Source: Candidatus Coneutiohabitans thermophilus (GTDB taxonomy: Bacteria; Zhuqueibacterota; Zhuqueibacteria; Zhuqueibacterales; Zhuqueibacteraceae). Taken from it: a stretch of DNA of 64,000 nucleotides. Where the stretch lies: contig JAPDQY010000002.1 of NCBI GenBank assembly GCA_034505235.1, positions 14,742 to 78,741 on the forward strand. Reading direction: 5' to 3'. A model generated the notes under the pieces. It worked only from the letters and a program-made list of their open reading frames with translations. It did no database searches and was not told the DNA's origin. The position numbers and the translations under genes were made by a program. Position 1 is the first letter of the stretch. Each line of letters begins with the position of its first letter. Of the stretch, positions 49,321 through 60,114 are shown piece after piece.

Positions 49321-50193
49321 ATGAAAAATCCCAGCCAGGCGTTTGCCGAAAATGACGCGGTGATTTTCTACGACCGCAAGGAACGTCTCTATTACGACGT
49401 CCTGCGACCGGGACGGTCAACCAACATCCGCGGTGATTTGCTGCCACATGATCAAATCATCGGACGCCGGGAAGGTTTCATTTTGCGTTCACAGCGCGAC
49501 AAGCCCTATTGGGTTTTTCGGCCGACGCTCAACGATCATGTCGTGCACATGCGCCGCGGTGCCACGGTGATCTATCCCAAGGATTTGGGAGTGATGTTGC
49601 AATATGCCGACATCTATCCCGGCGCCACCGTGGTGGAATCCGGCCTGGGTTCGGGTGCACTGGCCACCGCCTTACTGCGCATGGTGGGGCCGCAGGGGAG
49701 GGTCATCAGCTACGAAATACGCCAGGATTTCATCACTCTGGCACAACGCAATTTACAGCTCTTTGCCGGGGAAACACCCAATCATGTGGTGCGGCAGTGC
49801 GATATCTATGAGCATTTTGAAGAGGAACAAGTGGACCGGCTGTTGCTGGACGTGCCGGAGCCGTGGCGGGTGCTGCCCGGTGCCACCCCAAAGTTGCGTG
49901 CCGGTGCAATTGTTTGCAGTTATTCCCCCACCATCATTCAGGCCAAATCATTTGTCGAGGCCTTGCGTGCCGAGCATTGCTTCATCGCCATTCAAACGCT
50001 GGAGGTGATGCTGCGGCCCTGGAACATCGCCGGTCTGTCGGTGCGGCCAGCATTGCGCATGGTGGGACATACCGGCTTCCTGACCTTTGCCCGCAAATCC
50101 GAGAAATCGACCTTGCCACCCGAACCCCCTCCGGAAGCGGAAACCACTGCTGCCGGATCACCAAATGAGGAGGAGCATGAAGCACAAGCATGA
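49321..50193 (+). CDS. trmI: tRNA (adenine(58)-N1)-methyltransferase
   Basis: [54 protein letters not shown]. Confidence 0.9.
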   Translation: MKNPSQAFAENDAVIFYDRKERLYYDVLRPGRSTNIRGDLLPHDQIIGRREGFILRSQRDKPYWVFRPTLNDHVVHMRRGATVIYPKDLGVMLQYADIYPGATVVESGLGSGALATALLRMVGPQGRVISYEIRQDFITLAQRNLQLFAGETPNHVVRQCDIYEHFEEEQVDRLLLDVPEPWRVLPGATPKLRAGAIVCSYSPTIIQAKSFVEALRAEHCFIAIQTLEVMLRPWNIAGLSVRPALRMVGHTGFLTFARKSEKSTLPPEPPPEAETTAAGSPNEEEHEAQA

Positions 50194-51286
50194 ATTTCTC
50201 TCGGGACGCAAGATTTCACCCACACCCATCCGGCCCAACGTGACGGTCAGCGAGCTGGTGGAACAGACCTTCTTTGCCTACAATTCGGCGCGCTTGCGCG
50301 AGGCTTGCCGCCTGCTGACCGAAAAGATGCTCGAACCGGATGTCACCATTGGCATGAGCCTGACCGGCGCACTGTCGCCGGCAGGTTTGGGAATTTCCGC
50401 AATTATCCCGCTCATAGAAAACGGCTTCGTCGATTGGATCGTTTCCACCGGCGCCAATCTTTATCACGATACCCATTTCGGCCTCGGGCTTTCCATGCAC
50501 CAAGGCACGCATCTCGCGGATGATGTGGTCTTGCGGGAAAAGGGCGTGGTGCGCATCTATGACATCTTCTTCGATTATCATGTCCTGCTCGATACGGATG
50601 CCTTCTACTACCAAATCATCGGGAGTCCGGAATTTCAACGGACGATGAGCACGGCCGAGTTTCACCATCTCGTCGGGAAATATGTCGCCGCGCGCGAAGC
50701 TGAGCTCGGCATGCACAACTATTCGATGCTGGCGGCTGCCTATGAGTATGGTGTGCCGATTTATACTTCCTCCCCGGGTGACTCGTCGATCGGCATGAAC
50801 GTGGCAGCCAAAGCCATGCTCGGCAATCGTCTGCTTATCGACGTCAATGCCGACGTGAATGAAACCTCCGCCATTGTGTTGGATGCCAAACGCAACGGCG
50901 GCAAGAGTGCGGTGTTGATCTTCGGTGGCGGCTCGCCCAAGAATTTCATGCTGCAAACCGAACCCCAGTTGCAGGAAGTCATGAAGATTGCCGACAATGG
51001 CCATGACTATTTTCTGCAGATCACAGATGCCCGCCAGGATACAGGCGGGCTCTCAGGCGCCACCCCTGCGGAAGCCGTCAGTTGGGGCAAAGTCGATCCG
51101 GAAAAATTACCCGATACCGTGGTTTGCTATTGCGACACGACGATCGCCATGCCAATCCTGGTTGCATACGCGCTTTCCAAGCACCCGCCGCGCACACCCA
51201 AGCGCTTGTACCACCGCAGAGCAGAGATGCTCGAACGCCTCAAGTCTGAATATCTCGCTGCACTCGCGCAGGAGCAGGGAGATTGA
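50177..51286 (+). CDS. Deoxyhypusine synthase-like protein (probable homospermidine synthase)
   Basis: [50 protein letters not shown] (catalytic Lys present), DTTIAMP. Confidence 0.88.
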   Translation: MKHKHEFLSGRKISPTPIRPNVTVSELVEQTFFAYNSARLREACRLLTEKMLEPDVTIGMSLTGALSPAGLGISAIIPLIENGFVDWIVSTGANLYHDTHFGLGLSMHQGTHLADDVVLREKGVVRIYDIFFDYHVLLDTDAFYYQIIGSPEFQRTMSTAEFHHLVGKYVAAREAELGMHNYSMLAAAYEYGVPIYTSSPGDSSIGMNVAAKAMLGNRLLIDVNADVNETSAIVLDAKRNGGKSAVLIFGGGSPKNFMLQTEPQLQEVMKIADNGHDYFLQITDARQDTGGLSGATPAEAVSWGKVDPEKLPDTVVCYCDTTIAMPILVAYALSKHPPRTPKRLYHRRAEMLERLKSEYLAALAQEQGD

Positions 51287-51292
51287 TTGCTC

Positions 51293-51829
51293 ATGGCAAC
51301 ACGCGAAACCCCATCTGCTGACGAGGGACGGCTCATTGCAGCTTTAGAGCAAAGTCTCGTACTTGTTGAAAAACAGACATTAAACCTCCCGCTGTCCCGC
51401 TGGAATTTAAAGCATTCCATTGAGGCCTGGTCTGTCGCCGAAATCGTGCATCATCTCATTCTTGTCGAAGTGCAGCGCTTGCAGCAACTCAAAGATTTGC
51501 TTGAAGGCAAACGTGAAAGTGCGGCGGCCAGGACTGACAGTGCGCCGCCTGATTTCGCGGGCGTCCGCGCTCGGATGAAGCCGGTAAAGACGACAAAAGA
51601 CATGGAGCCGACACCTGAGATTCCGCCAAAGGTGCTGATCGCCGGGTTGCGCCGGGCACGCAGCGAAACCATTGCATTCGTGCGCGCGTCTGATCTGCAG
51701 CAATTGGAGAAGGTGTGGATCAATACCGTATCTCTGGGCGCACTTAATGGTGTCGAGTTTATCGAATTTCTGTCAGCGCATATGGAGAGACATGCAAGGC
51801 AGATAGCGGAGACGCTGCAGCAAAGCTAG
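51293..51829 (+). CDS. DinB family protein
   Basis: WSVAEIVHHLILVE and HMERHARQI His-triad pattern. Confidence 0.75.
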   Translation: MATRETPSADEGRLIAALEQSLVLVEKQTLNLPLSRWNLKHSIEAWSVAEIVHHLILVEVQRLQQLKDLLEGKRESAAARTDSAPPDFAGVRARMKPVKTTKDMEPTPEIPPKVLIAGLRRARSETIAFVRASDLQQLEKVWINTVSLGALNGVEFIEFLSAHMERHARQIAETLQQS

Positions 51830-52000
51830 CCCAGCGAGTAAGCGACTGGTCGGCAGGATTTGTGGAAGGTCACTAACGTTTCGGGGTGAGTTGGTTTCCG
51901 CATTCGATTTTGTGTTATGTCAACATCGAACGGAAAATATAATATAAAATCCCCCTGACCTACCTATTCCCCTCAAAATCACATCCATCACTTCCTAAAC

Positions 52001-52078
<78 letters not shown>

Positions 52079-52106
52079 AAACAATCGAAAAACACTGCAC
52101 GTGTTG

Positions 52107-52784
52107 TCAAGTTCTGAAGTAAAGAGTAATAAACCGGTAAATATCCCGTGCCCCGTGTATATGGCTCTTTTGTCCGGCATAGACTGTCGCAATCGGATGA
52201 AAATGAACTTTGCAGCCGGCGCGACAAGCCTTGATGATCACCTCCGATTCCGTATCATACCCCTCTGTTTCCAGTGTGATCTGTTCAATCAGCAACCGGG
52301 AATGCAGCCGGTATCCGCATTGACTGTCCTTGATTTCCACGCCCAGCTTGCGGGAAAGCAGAGCACTGGTGATGCGATTACTGGCTATTCGTGCCAACGG
52401 CATGACCCTGAAATCGAAGGAGCGATGCCCGATGATGAGATCTGCCCCGGTTTCGACAAATGCACGAATGAACCCCGGAATTTCCCGTGGTGGATGCTGG
52501 CCATCGGCATCCAGTGTGATAATGGCCTGGCTGGTGGAATGGCGCTTGACAAAGTCAAACGCAGTGCGCAGCGCTGCACCTTTGCCGCGATTGCGCTCAT
52601 GCCGGAGCACTTGTACACCGGCTTCCGCTACACGCTGCTGCAAGCCATCGGTTGAGCCATCATCGACCACCAGGATGTGATCTTTAGGGAGATAATCACT
52701 GACCTCTGCCAACACCTTGCTGATCGCGCCACCGGGATTGTAAGCGGGCAGCACGGCTGTCACTTCCACCGCAGAGGTATCCAT
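52107..52784 (-). CDS. Glycosyltransferase family 2 (DPM1-like)
   Basis: VLPAYN, VVDDGSTD, NRGKGAAL, TLDADGQH, DSQCGYR. Confidence 0.9.
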   Translation of the reverse strand: MDTSAVEVTAVLPAYNPGGAISKVLAEVSDYLPKDHILVVDDGSTDGLQQRVAEAGVQVLRHERNRGKGAALRTAFDFVKRHSTSQAIITLDADGQHPPREIPGFIRAFVETGADLIIGHRSFDFRVMPLARIASNRITSALLSRKLGVEIKDSQCGYRLHSRLLIEQITLETEGYDTESEVIIKACRAGCKVHFHPIATVYAGQKSHIHGARDIYRFITLYFRT

Positions 52785-52889
52785 CTCAACCGTCTATGCC
52801 AAAAGAAACGCTTGTCACACCCAAAACGGCGCTTACAATAGAGAAAAATGAGCTTTTTTGCAAGGGTTTTGTTGGCCGGTTTTGAAAGA

Positions 52890-55040
52890 TTATTTTTCAC
52901 CGGTCTCGCCCACGTGCCGGATGTGTACTTCGACGCGCCGGTTGAGCATGCGGCCCTCGGGCAGGCGATTATCTGCCAGGGGCCGGCGTTCGCCATAGCC
53001 CATGCTGGATAGGCGCGCGCGCTCGACACCCAACCGCACCAGCTCGGCCAGGACATTATTGGCGCGCCTGATCGAAAGCTGGGCGTTGTGCTCCTCTTCT
53101 CCGATTTCATCGGTGTGACCATAGAGCGTGCACGTGGCAGCAGGTTCCGCTTTGAGTTTTGCCGCGATTTGCTGCAATTTTTTCCGCAGGCGCGGTGAAG
53201 CCAGGTCGAGACGATCATCGTCAAAGCCGAACAGGATGATCGGTATCTTCTCGATCAGCAATTTCTCCAGCTTTGCCTGTCGGCCTGTAATGATGTGGGC
53301 CGGCGTGTCAAAAACCTGGCCTAGTTGATCGTAGACGCGCAGGGTGTAACGCAATTCCCGCCAGAAACTCGTCTGCCGGTTCGGATCGAAGCGCCAGTCC
53401 CATGTCAGCGTGTCGGCCACCGGGCCACGGCCGCTGATCACATCGACCGTGTCCTGCTCGGAGAGCAATGCCAGCGACCACCCCGCCAGACCCGCGCCCG
53501 GAGCCACGGCAGAAACGACAAAACGGCAGATCCCGGGAATGACATCGATCTCCCTCTTGAATGACATGATCGGCGCGAGAAGAATCTCCTCAAAGCGCGG
53601 ATCAACAAACACCTCCGCCCGCTGCAGCTCCTCCAGTCGTTGGGGATCGTGGCTCTGGCCCTCACTCAATTCCGGCTCGCCGAGCGCGACGCTCACCTGT
53701 TGCGCATTCACCTGCAGGTTTTCGACCAGATGCTTGCGCACCGAGTTGGCGCGTTGCAGGGCGATGCGCGCCGGCGACTCCTCCACCGGCAAGCCCGGGC
53801 TGTGGCCACGGATTTGGATGCGTGCTTCCGGATGGTTGCGCAAGCGCTCGGCGATGATGTTCAGCAAGTTGCGGTATGCGCTGTTGATCTCTCTCACATT
53901 CAATGCCGCGTGCAGCGACTGTCCTTCCTGCAGCAAATCGTATCGCGATTCCGCCAGCAGCGCCGAATTGCGTGCAAAGAAAATGCGCGGAATCAACGGC
54001 AATTCCTCCTGAATTTGCCGCGATTCGGTAATTGTCACTTCCTCGACCAGCGCGCGAATCTCCGCGTACAGCCGGGGCAGCTTGCGTCCGGGTTGTGGCG
54101 TTGCGACCGGTGCCCGCTCGCTCGGTTGCACCTCCCCCCTGCCTGCTTCACCCCGCGCGCTGAAGTCGAACACCAAGCCAAGCTCGTGCGAGCCGGCACT
54201 AATCAGTCCCAAATCACTGGCAGGCAGGCTGAAGCTGTAAAATAATGACGCCTGGTTGTGCAAATTGAGCTGGCCGTCGAGATGCACGTTTTGCAGTGCA
54301 TAGCCGAGACGCACGCGCCCCACGGATGAACCGAGCAGTTCTGATCCTGCCTGCAAGCGCCAGTTATGCTGCCAGTAGTGCCAGCCCAGGTCCACCTTTA
54401 CAACATGGTGTGAGATGCCCATGCCGATTTGATACTCGGGCGGCGTGCGCATCTTCCGGCGGCCCAGCGCAATATTCGGACGCAAAAGGTGATGCACCGA
54501 GGCGCCCAGCGCGATTCTTTCGGTCAAACGGTACAGGGCACCAATACCCGGATCAAAAACCATGACACCGCTGCGCCCCTGAAACACCGGATCGTTGGCA
54601 TCCACCAGATCAAAATTTCCGGCAGCGTACTGGCGGCCATGCAGCGCAAGCTCCACTCCCAGGGAGAACTGTTCGACAATCTGTTTGGCTGTCAAAAGGC
54701 CGAAGCGATATTCGCTGAACAGCGGCGTGCTGAAGAAACGCGTGCCCAGACCGGCAGACCAGCCGGTATGCGCGAAATTGGAAAGAGTCAGATGCCCCAG
54801 CGAAGCCTTCATCGCGAAGGCATTGTTGGGAATGGCCCCCGGGTAAATCAATTTCAAGCCGAGATAAGCACGGGACGAACCGGTGGAAATCGCGGCGGGA
54901 TTGGCGAACATCACGCGGGGGTCATTCGCATTTGCCGGATTGACAGAAATGACAAATTGTGCGTGGCCCGGCAGCGCCTCCGCCAGCCACACCAGGCTGC
55001 AGCCAGCCAGCATCCAACGGTGAGAGAATCGCATCTTCAA
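52890..55040 (-). CDS. PorP/SprF-like beta-barrel fused to two OmpA-like domains
   Basis: Signal peptide; ANPAA N-terminal motif, beta-strands, barrel end AGSHELGL; degenerate OmpA-like domain (RIFF..IRGHS..LQRANSV) and canonical OmpA_C (GHTD..NAQLSIRRA..GYGERRP..NRRVEV). Start is TTG 55040 or ATG 55034. Confidence 0.7.
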   Translation of the reverse strand: MKMRFSHRWMLAGCSLVWLAEALPGHAQFVISVNPANANDPRVMFANPAAISTGSSRAYLGLKLIYPGAIPNNAFAMKASLGHLTLSNFAHTGWSAGLGTRFFSTPLFSEYRFGLLTAKQIVEQFSLGVELALHGRQYAAGNFDLVDANDPVFQGRSGVMVFDPGIGALYRLTERIALGASVHHLLRPNIALGRRKMRTPPEYQIGMGISHHVVKVDLGWHYWQHNWRLQAGSELLGSSVGRVRLGYALQNVHLDGQLNLHNQASLFYSFSLPASDLGLISAGSHELGLVFDFSARGEAGRGEVQPSERAPVATPQPGRKLPRLYAEIRALVEEVTITESRQIQEELPLIPRIFFARNSALLAESRYDLLQEGQSLHAALNVREINSAYRNLLNIIAERLRNHPEARIQIRGHSPGLPVEESPARIALQRANSVRKHLVENLQVNAQQVSVALGEPELSEGQSHDPQRLEELQRAEVFVDPRFEEILLAPIMSFKREIDVIPGICRFVVSAVAPGAGLAGWSLALLSEQDTVDVISGRGPVADTLTWDWRFDPNRQTSFWRELRYTLRVYDQLGQVFDTPAHIITGRQAKLEKLLIEKIPIILFGFDDDRLDLASPRLRKKLQQIAAKLKAEPAATCTLYGHTDEIGEEEHNAQLSIRRANNVLAELVRLGVERARLSSMGYGERRPLADNRLPEGRMLNRRVEVHIRHVGETGEK

Positions 55041-55513
55041 TTCGATTCAGGTGATTCCTGCGCCGCCAGCCGATCCAGGGCGTCGATGGCCTGAGAGAGA
55101 TGTGCGACATACTGGCGCCGCAGGAAAGTCAGATTTTTGATCCGGCCGAGTTTGCTCAGTGGCTCATATTCACATTGAATGTTGACAATCGTCTCTCTTG
55201 CTGACGGCCCGCTCAGATCGAAAATGAGCTGAAACAGTTCAATGCCGTGAATCCTGCCGGTCTCACGCACCGGCTTGAGGCTGAACCGCTCACCCGGCAG
55301 CCACTCGGTGATTTCCAGCTCAACCACCTGCGTGCCAGCCTCCGTCTTGATTTGAAAACGCCATTGGCCGCCGAGGCCTGCCGGCTGGCCCCGCAAGAAA
55401 TGCACACCCGCAATACCTGCCACCCATTGTCCTGCGCGGTTGAGATCAGCGCCCACCCGCCATATCTGCCGGCGGTCACGTGCCAAAATTTTGGAAATGG
55501 AGAGTACTGTCAT
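55037..55513 (-). CDS. SRPBCC / polyketide cyclase-like protein
   Basis: IWRVGADL...WVAGI, LEITEWLPGERF and a C-terminal long helix fit the START-like fold. Confidence 0.6.
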   Translation of the reverse strand: MTVLSISKILARDRRQIWRVGADLNRAGQWVAGIAGVHFLRGQPAGLGGQWRFQIKTEAGTQVVELEITEWLPGERFSLKPVRETGRIHGIELFQLIFDLSGPSARETIVNIQCEYEPLSKLGRIKNLTFLRRQYVAHLSQAIDALDRLAAQESPESN

Positions 55514-55582
55514 CGTTGCAGCCCCGGTTGATGAGATTGACCTGACTCGTTGCTTGCCTCCTCCCTCTCCACTGCCGCCATG

Positions 55583-58500
55583 TCAGGATGACACTGGCAC
55601 GCGCCGGCGGGCCCCCGGCTGGCTGTCCGCGGGAAACGCAATCTCAAAATGCACGGTGTCCGGCCCGAAATTTTCCCGCATGAACTTCACGAGCTCGGCC
55701 GTGGGCCGAACTTTCAGCGAGCGTGATTGAAATTCATAAAACGGCAGCTCGCAGCCGCCAACGCGAAAATACAAACCGCAATTACCCTGATGGATGCGCA
55801 CCATCTGGGACAGCCGCTGCAACAGCGCCTCATTCAGCTTGTCCACGGTCATGTCCAGCATGACTTTCCTGGGAATCACCTGCCAGGCCTCCTCAAGGCT
55901 CAGAATTTTTTCGACCATAATCTTGGCCGGCTCCTCCTCCTCGCGGCTGGAGGTGCGTCCGATCACCACGATGGCATTGTCGACCTGCAGCAGCTCGCGA
56001 TGGGCGGCCAGCGCTTCGCTGAACACGATGGCCTCCGTGCTGCCGGTGTAGTCTTCAAGTGTGACAAATGCCATCTGGTGGCCTTTGCGATCGAGTATCG
56101 TCTTGAGTTGGGTCACCATGCCGCACACCATCACCTGCACCCCGTCCCGCATGCCCTCCAAATCCTGCAGGCGATGTTTGGAAAACAGATTCACTTCCAG
56201 CGCGTAACGATCGAGCGGGTGGCCGGAGAGATACAAGCCCAGGAATTCCTTTTCGCGCTTCAGACGTTCATCGGGCTTCCAATCCGGTGCTTCCGGCAGG
56301 GCCGGCTCGATCTCCATCGCGGCGGGCACATCGTCGAAAATCGAAGCCTGGCCGCGGAAACGGTCATCCTGTTGCCGCTGGGCATAGGCGGTGGCGGCAT
56401 CCAGCGCGAGCAACAACTGATTGCGATTGGGCGTGATGGAGTCGAAGGCGCCGGCCTGCACCAGGCTTTCCAGCACTTTTCTGTTTACCGTGCGCAAGTC
56501 CACCCGCGCGCAGAAATCAAAAAGCGAGGAGAACTTCCCTCCTTTTTGCCGGGCCTTGATGATGCTCTCGATCGCGCCCAGGCCGACGTTCTTGATCGCG
56601 CCCAGCCCGTAGCGAATTTTTTGATCGACCACCGCAAATTCGGCCAGGCTCTCGTTGACGTCCGGCGGCAGCACGGTGACGCCCATGCGCCGGCATTCCT
56701 CGATCAAAACCACGATCCGCGCGGTGTCGCTCATTTCACTGGTGAGCGTGGCGGCCATGTATTCCGCGGGATAATGCGCCTTGAGATAGGCGGTTTGATA
56801 GGCCACCAGCGAATAACCGGCCGCATGCGATTTGTTGAAACCATAGCCCGCAAACTTGTCCATCAAATCGAAAATCTGATGGGCGATCTTTTCGGGAATG
56901 CCGCGGGCCACCGCGCCTTCGATGAACAATTTGCGCTGCTGCTGCATCAGTTCGGCAATCTTTTTCCCCATCGCGCGGCGCAGCAAATCGGCACCCCCGA
57001 GCGTGAAACCCGCGAGATCGCTGGCGATCCGCATCACCTGCTCTTGATACACGATGATGCCGTAGGTCTCCTTCAAAATCGGCTCCAGCGCCGGATGCAG
57101 ATATTCGATGGGCTTGGTGCCCTGCTTGCGCGCGATGAAGTCATCGATCATATCCATCGGTCCGGGGCGGTAAAGCGCGTTCATGGCGATGAGATCGTCC
57201 AGGCATTGCGGCTTGAGCTTCTTGAGATATTCGCGCATGCCCGAGCTTTCGAACTGGAACAGGCTGATGGTCTCGCCGTTGCCGAAAATGGCATAGGTGG
57301 CGGGATCATCCAGCGGGATCCTGTCGATATCGAGTTCGATGCCCCGCTGTTTCAGCATCTTCAGCGTCTTGTCGATCACCGTCAGCGTGCGCAGGCCGAG
57401 GAAATCCATCTTCAAAACGCCGATGCTCTCCAGCGACTTCATGTCATATTGCGTGGTGACATCGCCGGTGTTGGACTTGTAGAGCGGCGTGTAGTTGGTC
57501 AGCTCGTCGGGTGTGATCACCACGCCGGCGGCGTGCGTCGAGGCGTGCCGCGCCAGGCCCTCCAGCACTTTGGCATATTCCACGAGCTGCCGGTGGGTCT
57601 CATCGCTTTCCACCAGCGCACGCAGCTCGCTGACCGTTTCCAGGGCCTTGTCGAGCGTGATGCCCAGGGTGGCGGGGATCATTTTGGCTATGCGGTCGAC
57701 ATCGCTGTAGCGCATCTTGAGCACGCGCCCGACGTCGCGAATCACCGCGCGCGCCGCCATCGTCCCGAAAGTGATGATCTGGGTGACGTTGGCCTCCCCG
57801 TACTTCTCGCGCACATACTTGATCATTTCCTCGCGGCGTTCATAGCAGAAGTCGATGTCGATGTCCGGCATCGTGACGCGTTCGGGATTCAGGAAGCGCT
57901 CGAAAATCAAATTGTACTTGATGGGGTCGATGTTGGTGATCCCGAGGCAGTAACTCACCAGGCTGCCGGCCGCCGAGCCGCGGCCGGGGCCGACCGGAAT
58001 GCCCTTGGCCCGCGCCACGCGGGTGAAATCCTGCACGATCAGGAAATAGCCGGCATAACCGGTTTGCTTGATCACCGCCAGCTCATGGCGCAGACGTGCC
58101 TCCAGCTCCGGCGTCACCTCGGCGTAACGCTCGCGCAGCCCCCGGAACGCCAGCGTTTCAAGATATTCATCCAGGGTTTTGCCCTGCTCCGCCGGCGGAA
58201 TGGTGAAGGTCGGCAAATGCACCCTGTCAAAATCGAGTTTGAGATCGCACTTTTGGGCAATCTCCTCGGTGATGCTCAGCGCCGCGCTTTCCTCCGCAAA
58301 CGTGCTTTGCATCTCCTCCTGCGACTTGAAATAGATTTGATCGGTGGTGTAGCGCAGGCGGTTGGGATCATCGCGGTCCTTGCCGGTTTGCAGGCAGATC
58401 AACACATCATGCGGCAGCGCGTGCTCGCGTTTGAGATAATGCGTGTCGTTGGTGACCACCAGCGGGATGCTGAGCTCACGGCTGAGCACCTTCACTTTCT

Positions 58501-59068
58501 CGCGGACGACATCCTCCTCCGGAATGCCGTGCTTGTGGATTTCCAGATAGTAGTCATCGCCGAACAGCTCGCGGTATTCCAGCGCCACCCGGCGGGCGCC
58601 CTCCTCGTTGCCGGCAAGCAGGGCTTGCGCCACTTCCCCCTTCAAACAGGCCGACAACACAATGAGGCCCTCATGATACTTCTGCAAAACCTCGCGATCG
58701 ATGCGCGGCCGGTAGTAAAAACCCTCGAGATACCCGATGGAAACCAGCCGCATGAGGTTTTTGTAGCCCTGCAGGTTCTTGGCCAGCAGCACGAGATGAA
58801 ACGAAGTGTCGGCCATCCCGGTTTTGGAGGAGGATTTTTCCCGGCGGCTGCGCGGCGCCATGTAGGCTTCCACGCCAATCACCGGCTTGATGCCGGCTTT
58901 TTTGCAGGCCTTGTAGAATTCAATCGCACCGCACATGTTGCCGTGGTCAGTGAGCGCCAGGGCGGACATGTGATGACGTTGTGCCGCGTCCACCAGATCC
59001 CTGATGCGGCAGGCGCCATCGAGCAGACTGTAATGGGAATGGTTGTGGAGATGGACGAATCCTGACAT
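55583..59068 (-). CDS. dnaE: DNA polymerase III alpha subunit
   Basis: FVHLHNHSHYSLLDG, ALTDHGNM, GRGSAAGSLV, ERVTMPDIDIDF, KMDFLGL, YGIIVYQEQVM, YGFNKSH, OB-fold; no intein seen. Confidence 0.97.
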   Translation of the reverse strand: MSGFVHLHNHSHYSLLDGACRIRDLVDAAQRHHMSALALTDHGNMCGAIEFYKACKKAGIKPVIGVEAYMAPRSRREKSSSKTGMADTSFHLVLLAKNLQGYKNLMRLVSIGYLEGFYYRPRIDREVLQKYHEGLIVLSACLKGEVAQALLAGNEEGARRVALEYRELFGDDYYLEIHKHGIPEEDVVREKVKVLSRELSIPLVVTNDTHYLKREHALPHDVLICLQTGKDRDDPNRLRYTTDQIYFKSQEEMQSTFAEESAALSITEEIAQKCDLKLDFDRVHLPTFTIPPAEQGKTLDEYLETLAFRGLRERYAEVTPELEARLRHELAVIKQTGYAGYFLIVQDFTRVARAKGIPVGPGRGSAAGSLVSYCLGITNIDPIKYNLIFERFLNPERVTMPDIDIDFCYERREEMIKYVREKYGEANVTQIITFGTMAARAVIRDVGRVLKMRYSDVDRIAKMIPATLGITLDKALETVSELRALVESDETHRQLVEYAKVLEGLARHASTHAAGVVITPDELTNYTPLYKSNTGDVTTQYDMKSLESIGVLKMDFLGLRTLTVIDKTLKMLKQRGIELDIDRIPLDDPATYAIFGNGETISLFQFESSGMREYLKKLKPQCLDDLIAMNALYRPGPMDMIDDFIARKQGTKPIEYLHPALEPILKETYGIIVYQEQVMRIASDLAGFTLGGADLLRRAMGKKIAELMQQQRKLFIEGAVARGIPEKIAHQIFDLMDKFAGYGFNKSHAAGYSLVAYQTAYLKAHYPAEYMAATLTSEMSDTARIVVLIEECRRMGVTVLPPDVNESLAEFAVVDQKIRYGLGAIKNVGLGAIESIIKARQKGGKFSSLFDFCARVDLRTVNRKVLESLVQAGAFDSITPNRNQLLLALDAATAYAQRQQDDRFRGQASIFDDVPAAMEIEPALPEAPDWKPDERLKREKEFLGLYLSGHPLDRYALEVNLFSKHRLQDLEGMRDGVQVMVCGMVTQLKTILDRKGHQMAFVTLEDYTGSTEAIVFSEALAAHRELLQVDNAIVVIGRTSSREEEEPAKIMVEKILSLEEAWQVIPRKVMLDMTVDKLNEALLQRLSQMVRIHQGNCGLYFRVGGCELPFYEFQSRSLKVRPTAELVKFMRENFGPDTVHFEIAFPADSQPGARRRVPVSS

Positions 59069-59303
59069 GGCCCGGAGGTGCAAGTGATGAGGTTGAAATG
59101 TACCGGTCAAACCGCCGGCGAAAATAGAAAACTCACGGAGCAATTGCAACAGGATTTCCCGGCTGCAAACCAGCGCATGAACACCTTTGCGCAATTGCCG
59201 CCCCCGGTGTGACAACACACCCGATCGGTGTGGCGCACCGGCAGGCGCATCACCTGCAGCATGACAGGCGGTCGCAGCGCAGCCCGGGCCGGCCACGCGC
59301 CGC

Positions 59304-59999
59304 TCACCCCCCGCTGTTTGCCAGAAAGGAAAGCACGGCCGCCATGAGCTCATTCATCGCCCGGTATTGTTCAGACGATGCCCCCAAAATGGCGCTGGCC
59401 GGTTGCACAAATTTTGCCGGTCGAAGTTCGGCCTGACCGTGTGCCACCATCTCCCCCACCGCCGCGGCCGTCATTTCGAGATGAAACTGCAAGCCCATGA
59501 CCGCGCGGCCAAATTGAAAAGCTTGATTCTCGCAGGCCTCGCTTCGCGCAATCCGGATTGCCCCCGGCGGCAAATCGAAGGTTTCCCCGTGCCAGTGAAA
59601 CGCCGGAAACACCGCCGGAAAACGAAAAACTTCCCCGTTGCCGGCAGAGACTCCCTGCACAGGAAACCAGCCGATCTCCTTCACCGGGTTGCGATACACT
59701 CTGGCGCCCAGCACGCTGGCGATCAGTTGGGCGCCCAGGCATATACCCAGAACCCGCCTGCCCTGTTGGATGCATGCGCGAATGAAGGCCTTCTCTTCAG
59801 CCAGCCACGGCACGGTGTCCGTGTCGTTGGCACTCATCGGACCGCCCATGACGATCAGGAAATCCACCTCCTGCGGATCGGGAAGCTGGCAGGATTCAAA
59901 AAGGCGGGTAGTCGTTGTCTCATGTCCATGTGCTTCGAGCCAGGGTACGATGCGCCCCGGCCCTTCAAATGGAACGTGCTGGAGGTAATGTGCGCGCAT
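59304..59999 (-). CDS. Type 1 glutamine amidotransferase (GuaA-like/YfeJ family)
   Basis: YLQHVPFEG, MGGPMS, LGICLGAQL, EIGW, HWHGETF, LQFHLE. Confidence 0.9.
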   Translation of the reverse strand: MRAHYLQHVPFEGPGRIVPWLEAHGHETTTTRLFESCQLPDPQEVDFLIVMGGPMSANDTDTVPWLAEEKAFIRACIQQGRRVLGICLGAQLIASVLGARVYRNPVKEIGWFPVQGVSAGNGEVFRFPAVFPAFHWHGETFDLPPGAIRIARSEACENQAFQFGRAVMGLQFHLEMTAAAVGEMVAHGQAELRPAKFVQPASAILGASSEQYRAMNELMAAVLSFLANSGG

Positions 60000-60114
60000 T
60001 GTCTCTCCGATGTTGCTGATGGTCAGGCGCAGTTGCCCGCCGGCAGGCAGTCGCAGCGGCTGTGCGGGGCCGGCGCCACACCCGAAAATCCCGGTGCTTT
60101 CTGTCTTCTGCCCA

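Noticed and set aside
52081-52110. TTGACA upstream of tRNA-Pro as its -35 box
   Set aside because: The implied start site would fall inside the mature tRNA, and the -10 match is poor.
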